Below are positions 30,834 through 43,100 of a stretch of 64,000 bases of DNA, piece after piece. Each line of letters begins with the position of its first letter. Position 1 is the first letter of the stretch. Below the pieces are notes generated by a model. It made no database searches and was not told the origin of the DNA. It saw nothing but the letters and a program-made list of their open reading frames with translations. This stretch comes from Eledone cirrhosa (lineage: Eukaryota). A program made the translations under genes and the position numbers. Where the stretch lies: positions 63,312-127,311 of the forward strand of contig CAXHJY010000416.1 in NCBI GenBank assembly GCA_964016885.1. Reading direction: 5' to 3'.

Positions 30834-32450
30834 ATATATATATATATACATAATATATATATATATACATAATATATATATATATACATAATATATATAT
30901 ATATACATAATATATATATATATACATACATTTACTCCTTCTCTCCGTCTTTCTTTTCTAACTGTACTTAACACTAAATATTTACAAACATCTCACTACC
31001 AAACCAACTTTTTTAAATGGAAGTTGTTCAAAATTCTATGGTACATCAAATTTATTTATAAAACTGCTTATATATTGTATTTTATCTGAAGAAGGCATGC
31101 CATATTTTTAATATGGTATCCCTGAAATATGTATAATGAAATAAATATGGTTTTATAAATATAGTTTCCATTTGTTTAATATCGTATATCTACTCCAAAA
31201 CTTATTGAGTGCTTTATATCAGTTATAAAATATTTACTCGTTGTAACCCAACAATTTTAAATAAAACTTTTGCATATATTATGTATATATATATATATTA
31301 TGTATATATATATATATATATATATATTATGTATATATATATATATTATGTATATATATATATATATATATATTATGTATATTATGTATATATATATATA
31401 TATATTATGTATATATATATATATATTATGTATATATATATATATATTATGTATATATATATATATATTATGTATATATATATATATATTATGTATATAT
31501 ATATATATATTATGTATATATATATATATATTATGTATATATATATATATATTATGTATATATATATATATATTATGTATATATATATATATATTATGTA
31601 TATATATATATATATATATTATGTATATATATATATATATATATTATGTATATATATATATATATATTATGTATATATATATATATATATTATGTATATA
31701 TATATATATTATGTATATATATATATATATATATATTATGTATATATATATATATATTATGTATATATATATATATATTATGTATATATATATATATATT
31801 ATGTATATATATATATATATTATGTATATATATATATATATATATTATGTATATATATATATATATTATGTATATATATATATATATATATTATGTATAT
31901 ATATATATATATATATTATGTATATATATATATATATTATGTATATATATATATATATATTATGTATATATATATATATATATTATGTATATATATATAT
32001 ATATTATGTATATATATATATATATTATGTATATATATATATATATATTATGTATATATATATATATATTATGTATATATATATATATATATTATGTATA
32101 TATATATATATATTATGTATATATATATATATATATATTATGTATATATATATATATATATATTATGTATATATATATATATATATTATGTATATATATA
32201 TATATATATTATGTATATATATATATATCTATTATGTATATATATATATATCTATTATGTATATATATATATATCTATTATGTATATATATATATATATA
32301 TTATGTATATATATATATATATATTATGTATATATATATATATATATTATGTATATATATATATATATTATGTATATATATATATATATTATGTATATAT
32401 ATATATATATTATGTATATATATATATATTATGTATATATATATATATAT

Positions 32451-32515
<65 letters not shown>

Positions 32516-32699
32516 ATATTATATATATTATATATATATTATATATATATATATATTATATATATATATATTATATATATATATTATATATATATATATA
32601 TATTATATATATTATATATATTATATATATATATATTATATATATATATATTATATATATTATATATATTATATATATATATATTATATATATATATAT

Positions 32700-32733
<34 letters not shown>

Positions 32734-34440
32734 ATATTATATATATATATATATTCAAGCATGTTTACAACGTGTTTACAGCATGTTTACAGCTGTGCTG
32801 AAACAGCAAGCAAACAGCCACAGGAAACAAGTACCACCAATCTCTGGGAGGGCCCTGTAGAAACAGTAGACAGCTTCTGCTACCTAGGTGACCGAATTAG
32901 CAACGGAGGTGGGTGCTCAGAAAGTACAATAACTAGGGTAAGAACGGGATGGAAGAAGTTTAGGGAACTACTACCACTGCTAGCTGCAAAAGGCTTCTCC
33001 TTCAGAATGAAAGGCAGACTGTATGATGCGTGTATCCGAACAGCGATGTTGCATGGTAGTGAGACCTGGGCGCTGAAGGTGGAAGACTTACGTAGATTAG
33101 AGAGAAACGAAGCCTGCATGCTCCGATGGATGTGTAACAGTAATATACGTGAACGACAAAGCATAAAGGAATTGAGAGAGAGACTGAGCATAAGAGGAAT
33201 CAAATGCTGCGTGCAGGAGAGGCGGTTACGCTGGTATGGACATGTGATGCGTATGAAGGATGACAGCTGCATAAAAAGGTGCAGAGCACTAGAAGTTGAT
33301 GGAAACCGCGGAGTGGGGAGACCCAAGATGACTTGGGATGAGGTGATAAAAGCCGACCTTACCCAACTACACCTCTCAAAGTCAATGACACACGACCGTG
33401 ACTTCTGGCGTCACGCAGTAATACAGGGTACCCGACCTCCCATGGGTACATGCTGAAGCATATAAACAATATGCCCCCACACCCCCCACCGCAAGGTGGT
33501 CGTGGAGGTGCCACGGCAAAAAAGCACCCAGCCCACACTGTAAAGTGGACGTGTAGGCGCCACGAAAAAGCACCCAGCACTCACTGTAAATGAGGTTGGT
33601 GTTAGGAAGGGCATCCAGCTGTAGAAATCAAGCCAGATCAGTTCCTGTATGAGCAAGGCATGGTCAGCCGACCAGACACTGCCCACAACAGGACAACCCG
33701 TCTAACCCATGCTAGCATGGAAGAACGGACGTAAAACGGTGATGATGATGATGATGATTATATATATATTTATTAAAATAACAGATTAAAGTTTAAGCAA
33801 AGAATCGTTGCTTTCACCCTTAACGGGATCTTCTGAAACTAACAAAGTCAATCTGTAAACGCAGAACTGGATATTTCAAAAAACGTTGTTCTTAACTCTG
33901 TAGCGGAGATTCATTTGGTCTCCTAGTTAGAATTTTAGTCTACGATTTCTGCTATACCATTTACGTGGTTTTGTCTTTGCGTGCTATTGTTCTCCATGCT
34001 CCACATATGACTTATTATCTTTGTTTTTTCGTTCATTGCCAGAAAACGTCTCTATGCACCACCTAAGAGAACATTAGTCTACGACCTCTTTTATACCATC
34101 ACGTGGTTTTGTCTTTGCGCGTAATTGTTTTTCACCGCTCCTATTAATGACGTATTATTCGTTTTTTCCCGTTCTTCGCCAGCGAACGTTACCACGAACC
34201 AAAGTATCGTCTTCCTGTCTTCCTCCGGTTGCAACGTTTTTTGAAATATCCAGTTCTGCATTTACAGATTGACTTTGTTAGTTTCAGAAGATCCCGTTAA
34301 GGGTGAAAGCAGCGATTCTTTGCTTAAACTTTAATCTGTTATTTTAATAAATATTTGCTCTACGGTTCTTATATATTTGATATATATTTATCCTTATCGA
34401 GCCCTCTTTGGATTTTAGTCTTCAATTTTATTATTACTAT

Positions 34441-34510
<70 letters not shown>

Positions 34511-34855
34511 CACATGGCTTAGTGGTTAGTGCATTGGCCTTGCAATCGAAAGGTTATGAGTTCAATTCTCAGACCGGGTGATGTGTTGTTTCCTTGAGCA
34601 AGACACTTTATTTCACATTGCTCCAGTTTACTCAGCTGTAGAAATGAGATGATAGGGACTGGGGTCCCTATCATTCCACTGCAAAGTGGTCATGGAGGTG
34701 CCACGGCAAAAAAGCACCAGCACTCACTGTAAATGAGGTTGGTGTTAGGAAGGGCATCCAGCTGTAGAAATCAAGCCAGAATCAGTTCCCGTCCCACCCT
34801 TGCAAGCAGGGAAAAGTGGACGTAAAATGAAATGATGAAATGATGATTATATATA

Positions 34856-34921
<66 letters not shown>

Positions 34922-34947
34922 GTATATATATATATTATATATATATA

Positions 34948-34992
<45 letters not shown>

Positions 34993-35062
34993 ATATATTA
35001 TATATATATATATATTATATATATATGTATATATTATATATATTATATATATATATATTATG

Positions 35063-35116
<54 letters not shown>

Positions 35117-35527
35117 ATATACATACACGGCCACATTACAGCGTGGACTGTGTGTTTTTTTGTCGTGACACCTACACGACCTCATTTGTTTCGGACTGGA
35201 TGTTGTGGTACCAACATAACTTTACATTGAAAGGGGTGGTGTGGATGGGGTGGGGAGTAGTGGGACGGGGCTGCATTTTTGTTAGAGGTGCCTACTGACT
35301 GTAGTAGGTTTCACTTTGTACTTAGGTAAGGCGGGTCTTCTGTATTACTGTGTAGCGCCAAAGATCTCGGTCCAGTGACATTGTCTTGGAGAGGTGTAAG
35401 TGTGTGAGGTCGGAATTTATCAAGTCGTCTCATGTCGTCCCATGTTTTTCTGGGTCTGCCTACTCCGTGGCTACCGTCTATTTTTATTGCCCTGCACTTA
35501 TATATATATATATATATTATGTGTGTG

Positions 35528-35567
<40 letters not shown>

Positions 35568-38500
35568 GTATGTATGTATATATATATATATAACGAAGGA
35601 AATGTGGTAAGGAACCAGGTGGACCATAACGCACCAAAGTACTCAATACTTGAGGTAGTAGAGTGGGTAATAGGAACCAGTAAGACCCCGACAGCTGAGC
35701 TCAAGCCGTTTCGACGGCTAATTCTGGACTAAATGAAAATTTATCCTGGTATTTAAATAGCCGATCTTCTCAAGGGGTAATTCCATATATGGTCAAAGTG
35801 ATCGTCAAAAATCAGTAGTAATTCTGTGGTTGCAAATTAGTAGGGGAGATGGTGGCTAAACCTGCCAGTAGGAGAAAGAGGGGAGGGGGTGGAGTAGACC
35901 CAATCAAGCGTTGGTAGTGCCAGCTACAGCTGGGCATGAGGTCAAAGAAGATACAGGGGAGGGGGAGGGGGAGGAAGTCGGAACGGTAGGTAGAACAATG
36001 GGGGGTAGAAATAGGAAAGAAAAAATACTGAGAGTGAAGAAAAGCAAATAAGTGTAAAGAAAAAAGTAAAGTAAATTAAATTCTACGACCTAGGTGTCAG
36101 GCTATTGTTAGGCGAGAATAAAATAAAGAAAGAAAGAAGTAAATAAATAAATAAATAAATAAATAAGGAAATAAGTAAAAGAACTAGGTGGGACAGAATA
36201 GGCAAGGACCCTTTTAAGAGGTATAAGTACGTAAATGATACGGTGACGGGTCAACAAAAGGGGCCAAAATACTAAAGAGACTACCACGAAATAAACAATA
36301 AAGGTTTCCATCCCGGGCCAGCAACGACCCAGTGCAGCAAAGTGAACTTGTACGAGATAATAATTCTGAGTCCCGAGAAAAATATATACTAATGCTAACT
36401 CTAAAAGATCTAAAACAAGCTACATGAAAGTTCGTACGAAATAAAGGTAGAATACGGAAAAATAAATTCAGAATCCACCCCGCCCAGAAGAAAAGCGAAG
36501 CAAGAAATACTGAAACGAAAAAATAAGGCATAAGTGCCACTAAGAAATATAGAGGGCACAGAGAATAGTGGGAGCGGTCGGAAAAAGGGGGCAAGTATCC
36601 GGGGTCTAAGCCAACTGCTATAAAGGGCGGAATCCGCCAAATCTATCATAGACTAGGGGAGGGGGTGGTGGGGGTACTAAGGCTACATGGGGCCAAAGGG
36701 CAGCCTCGGGTGGGCGAGAAAAGACGCCGACAAAGGAGAAGAGCTGGGGTAGAAGGACAAAGGAGAGAGGGGGGGAGGAAATAAAGGAAGCGATAAAAGA
36801 ATACAAAGAAGATCTTACGTCTTCCTTGGCAAGCAGGGGTTACCCATTGCAAAATCGGCAAGTGGGGTGTTATAGCCCTAGTCTACCCCCCGGGTCATTA
36901 TGGGGTTTGAGGGCGAGGTAAGTCCTACGCAATCTATGTTTACATGCAGTAACCAGTTCATCTTTCTTGTTTAGGAGTTGGTACGTCGAAAACAGCATTT
37001 GTAAAGTTTCCTCCGAGCATAAATTGCACGGACGGCGTCCTCCCGTGTAAGAATTGGCTCTGGACAGTAATCTCCAAGTGAGATCATAGGTGATGTTGTT
37101 GTCCTTGAGGTCCCATATGTGGCCCGAAAGTGTAGTGGCGTGACGCCGGGCCGGGTTTCGGAAGGTATGTCTATGTTGGTATAGCCGGGTCTTGAAGTCA
37201 CATGCGGTAAGTCCTATATAGGCTTTGTTGGAGGTATCCGTCCTCACGTTGCACTGGTAGATCACATTACGGTCTCTGCATCTATTGTCGAGTGGGCAAA
37301 TAGATCTATCCGGGCAGTTACACCTCCTGGTCGGTTCTCCACTGCTATTTAGGTTATTTCTGCCATCGGGGTTGAGTTTTTTGTTGTTAGAGGAGACGAT
37401 GTTTTGTGCGAAGTTTGGTGTAGTGCTGTAAGAGAGTTTGATGGTATTTTTGTTAATTATGTTGTGGTAGCGGTGTTGTAATGGGAAGTGTTTTTCAATG
37501 AGCCTAAAGAATAGTTTCCCGATGGGAGTAGTCACCTCTGCGTTGTGGGGAGGATTGAACCATGTTACATTGCGTGAGCGGCGGTGTCTCCTGCTGGTTC
37601 CGCTAATGGGAGCTGGACAGTAGGATATTTCCTCCCAGAAACCACTCCGCTTGAGGGCCTGGTTGTAATAAGGCGCATGTTCATCGAATATCCGCTCATT
37701 AGCTGACAAACGAGATATGCGGAGGGAGATGTTTTTGACCAGGTTGTTTGTGATGTTCCTAGGATGGTTTGATCGGCGGTGGATGTAGTGCAGATTGTCA
37801 TTAGGTTTCCTGTATGGGTAGTACAGGTCGTTTTCGAGGTCGAGGGTTACGTCCAGGAAGTTTACTCGGGTCAGGGACGTTTGTAGGGTTATTTTAAATC
37901 CCCAGTCGCGGAAGAATCTGATTAATTGTTTCCGGACCCGATCTGTACTACTGGGGTTGTACCCTTTAAGGGTAAGGAGCCCATCATCACGGTACAATCC
38001 ACCACCGAATGCAGGAAACATATCAGTGAGTTTGGCTATTAGGAATAATCCTATAAGATCAGTGACCTCCGCCGAATCCGTGGCGCCCATGCTGACGTCG
38101 AAGGGTGAGTCGGGAGCTCTTTTTATCCATTTAGAGTCGTCAAAGAGTAAGACTGTCTTCCTGGCGTGGAGGATGATTTTTCTTTCCTGGTCGGTGATGG
38201 GCACGAGTGTTTCGGCGAAGTCCAAGGCGGCAGTAAGTAGCGGTAAGGTGATTGAAGCATAGTAGCTCTCTATGTCGAACTGTATGAATTTAGTTTCTCG
38301 TTTATCCTCCATATTGCTGAACCAGGAGATTACTTCCTGGGTGTTGATCCATAGGCTAAGTCGGGTGTGTTGCTTGACGTTTGGTATCACGCGGTCTAGG
38401 ATTTTTTTGCTGATTCTCCCTATGTCGGACTTCGTTGGGTTAATAAGCCTGATAGAGGGTTTACGGTCAAAATCGGATTTATGGTCCTTCAGTGTGAAGT

Positions 38501-40012
38501 ATGGTGTCCGTGGGTCTAGAGGTTCCGTGCGGTCGGCGACCCCGAGGCTGGAGGTGATTTGTTGTCCATCTCGATTTATGTCCTCGATGCAAGAGTGGTT
38601 GGCCTTTTTATAGGTGGAGTTTAGGCTGTTCTTGATCAGTGTGTGGTATCTGTCAAGATAGGTATCTGCTCGGAGGAAACTTTACAAATGCTGTTTTCGA
38701 CGGACCAACTCCTAAACAAGAAAGATGAACTGGTTACTGCATGTAAACATAGATTGCGTAGGACTTACCTCGCCCTCAAACCCCATAATGACCCGGGGGG
38801 GTAGACTAGGGCTATAACACCCCACTTGCCGATTTTGCAATGGGTAACCCCTGCTTGCCAAGGAAGACGTAAGATCTTCTTTGTATTCTTTTATCGCTTC
38901 CTTTATTTCCTTCCCCCCTCTCTCCTTTGTCCTTCTACCCCAGCTCTTCTCCTTTGTCGGCGTCTTTTCTCGCCCACCCGAGGCTGCCCTTTGGCCCCAT
39001 GTAGCCTTAGTACCCCCACCACCCCCTCCCCTAGTCTATGATAGATTTGGCGGATTCCGCCCTTTATAGCAGTTGGCTTAGACCCCGGATACTTGCCCCC
39101 TTTTTCCGACCGCTCCCACTATTCTCTGTGCCCTCTATATTTCTTAGTGGCACTTATGCCTTATTTTTTCGTTTCAGTATTTCTTGCTTCGCTTTTCTTC
39201 TGGGCGGGGTGGATTCTGAATTTATTTTTCCGTATTCTACCTTTATTTCGTACGAACTTTCATGTAGCTTGTTTTAGATCTTTTAGAGTTAGCATTAGTA
39301 TATATTTTTCTCGGGACTCAGAATTATTATCTCGTACAAGTTCACTTTGCTGCACTGGGTCGTTGCTGGCCCGGGATGGAAACCTTTATTGTTTATTTCG
39401 TGGTAGTCTCTTTAGTATTTTGGCCCCTTTTGTTGACCCGTCACCGTATCATTTACGTACTTATACCTCTTAAAAGGGTCCTTGCCTATTCTGTCCCACC
39501 TAGTTCTTTTACTTATTTCCTTATTTATTTATTTATTTATTTATTTACTTCTTTCTTTCTTTATTTTATTCTCGCCTAACAATAGCCTGACACCTAGGTC
39601 GTAGAATTTAATTTACTTTACTTTTTTCTTTACACTTATTTGCTTTTCTTCACTCTCAGTATTTTTTCTTTCCTATTTCTACCCCCCATTGTTCTACCTA
39701 CCGTTCCGACTTCCTCCCCCTCCCCCTCCCCTGTATCTTCTTTGACCTCATGCCCAGCTGTAGCTGGCACTACCAACGCTTGATTGGGTCTACTCCACCC
39801 CCTCCCCTCTTTCTCCTACTGGCAGGTTTAGCCACCATCTCCCCTACTAATTTGCAACCACAGAATTACTACTGATTTTTGACAATCACTTTGACCATAT
39901 ATGGAATTACCCCTTGAGAAGATCGGCTATTTAAATACCAGGATAAATTTTCATTTAGTCCAGAATTAGCCGTCGAAACGGCTTGAGCTCAGCTGTCGGG
40001 GTCTTACTGGTT

Positions 40013-40062
<50 letters not shown>

Positions 40063-40141
40063 GTATGTATGTATATAAATATATATATATATATTATGTA
40101 TGTATGTATGTATATATATATATATATATATATTATGTATG

Positions 40142-40189
<48 letters not shown>

Positions 40190-43100
40190 GTATGTATATA
40201 TATATATATATATTATGTATGTATATATATATATTATGTATGTATGTATATATATATATTTATATATATATATTTATAAAATATATATTTATATAATATA
40301 TATTTATATATATATATATATATATATTTATATTAAAATACAAATATTAATAAAATAGATGTTCTTTTGATCAATTAAATTTTATTAGACATATTTCGGA
40401 GGTACAACATTGTCTACATTCCAAGCCTCGCATAAGACCAGGAAAAAACAGTAAGCAACCAAGCCTGGTTTTTAGACGTACATCATCAACTGTTGAAAAT
40501 ATAAATCTTAATGGTTTATAAAACTTTAATATTGCTTTATCTTCTAATCATCTATAAAGGAAATAACGTTTGTATGAATGACATTTGTTTAATAACATGC
40601 TGGCATGTTGATATACATAACATATGGCTTTTTGGATATTATTAACTTTGATCCAGACCTTTATTTCTCTATCTTTATTTTTCTATCTCTGTTTTAAATA
40701 TAGTTTAAATATCTAACCAGTAAATTTTTACGGACCTTATTTTGAACTGTTGATCATTCATGCGTCTACATTTGTTATATATATATATATGTATGTATTT
40801 TATTTTATAGTTATGCATGTATGAATCTATTTTCGAAGATTATAATCGTTTTCCTTCACCAAAAGTATACTGTCTCATTAATACTTAGTATATCTCTCTA
40901 TATGTAGTTTTTGCAAATATGTTTATATTGTATAATATAATTCATAATTATAGTTAGGTACTTCTCTGTATATATTTTTGTGCATTTATGTTTATAATGT
41001 ATAATAACATAATCATAATTATTGTTCAGTATAACGCTATATATAGTTCGTGCAAATATATGTATATTGTACAATTACATAATCATTATTTCGAGTTCGT
41101 TCTTCCCTTGAAGGTAGAACTAATATAACGATTTAATATAATATAATAAATAATAATTTATAGTCCTCTTATTATGATAAATGCACACACACATATATAT
41201 ATATATATATAGCTGAAAACTCTGCGTTAATTATTATACTTTAGACAGTATATCTATTTAACAATAAATTCCTTGATATTTATAACAGTAAGTACTTCAT
41301 AAATTATGCATACCGAAAATGTTGACACTGTTACAAGTAAATTTGTTAAAGATTACCTTTATGTGAATATTGAACAGTATATTTTACTTTCGCGGGCTTA
41401 GTAAATCCTTTAAATTTGCTTTCATAAAACTTTGAATTTTAGAAATGTAACACATTTATAAAATTTATAAAATTAACACAAATAACCATCAACTTTTGAT
41501 TCTTCACCCTAAAATAACAAATTAAATATTTTGAAATTGAACCGCTAAGTCTATATGTGTCCGATGAAAATTTCTGCATAAATTACTCCCCTTTATCTCT
41601 CCCCCTCTTTAATTATCTATCAGTTGCTTTCTCAAGCCAAAAACTTATAACTCCAGAGACGTCTTCCTCTATAATCCTAATTGTAGTATCCCAGATTTTA
41701 AAAACTCTATAACTGTTACATTAAAGCAATGTTTTTCTTACTCACACCTTCTCTATTGATTCTATTACGTTTTCCCATGTTCTCATTATTAGGGTATAAA
41801 TGTTGAGTTTTCTCATACGTTAATCACTACCTTGATTAAATCTTAACCATCTAACATCTCAGGGTATGTCATGTATCAATTTATTTTATCTGATGAAGAC
41901 GTACTGTTGAACCTGATTCACGTACCTCTGAAATATGATTAATAAAATTTAATTGATCACAAGAACATCTATTTTATTAATATTTGAATTTAATATTATA
42001 TTAATAACTCAGGAAAATATTTTCTTGTAGAGTGCTTCCAATCTACTGTAAAACTCATTCTTTGATGTACTCATTCAATCTTGTTTAACTCTTTAATATA
42101 TATATATATATATTATGTATATATTATATATATATATATATATTGATATATATTATGTGTATATATATATATATATATATATTATGTATATATATATATA
42201 TATTTATTAAATATGTATTTATATATATATATATTGGGGGCAAATATTTAGTTTGTATGAGATGAAAGAATGGTATTCAACTAATGTAATCGTACGCGAT
42301 GGGGCCCACCCACAGCCCCGGCGGACAGAATGGAGAAGGCGTTTCCCCGGAGGATGGCAAGGGAGATGCGCTGGAAAAGCCACTCCAACTCGCGGGGCTC
42401 ACACCTACGGCTGGCCAGCTCAGCGCCTATGGTGGTGAGTAAGGAGGTAGCCCTGGGGCCGAGGACACCAGAAGTTTCCATTGCCAGAGGAACGACCGCG
42501 AACCTGTCGGAGAGCGACCGGTATTTGAGGAGTTTGGCCCCCTCAGCCCGACGTGCAGCAGAACCTGGATCAGTCGCATCTGCACCAGGTTGCGGCTGCA
42601 GAAAGAATTGGTGCAAATGGCATCCCAGACTAGGGGTTTGCCACTGCGGAACGGGAAGATGGTCATGCCATCTGCCCTTTTGCCGTCCCCTCGATCCAGC
42701 CGGCTCGAGCTGGGAAGGGAAGCCTGCAGCATTTAAGCCATGCTTAATGACCTCGTTGAGGGCAGTATGGCGTGGAATGCAGCCGGCACTGTGGCGACAG
42801 GAAAGCGGGTGGAGGCCGAATGAGTCCACGGAGGAACCGCAACGACATTGGTGTGGCTGGCAGATCCGGAGGCCGAGCCTCAGGGAAACGCCGATTCGCA
42901 GGCTATGGTTGTCTAGCTGCGTGCCAGTGGAGAAGGAGGGCAGAGCATGGAGCCAGGCACCACTGTGGGGTTTGGAGGCCGCACGAAAACAAGCAAGGTG
43001 GTGCTGGTCGAGCTGGCGCGTGAGCCTGTCTGAGGCCAGACTGCACTGGATGGCATCCCAAGTGCGTTGGGGGGGATTTGACATCAACAGGGGGAGAAGG

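Noticed and set aside
34509-34580. Possible tRNA gene
   Set aside because: A and B boxes are present but no proper cloverleaf, and it continues into a SINE body found in several copies.
28553-35298. Long Y/I-rich ORFs, including the 530-aa ORF and the 728-aa ORF fused to RTE sequence
   Set aside because: They are translations of TA/TTATG microsatellite, which lacks stops in some frames; only 32826-33456 is real (LINE) coding sequence.
36108-39579. Paired identical small hydrophobic ORFs on opposite strands
   Set aside because: A by-product of the Penelope inverted arms (pyrimidine-rich pLTR sequence).
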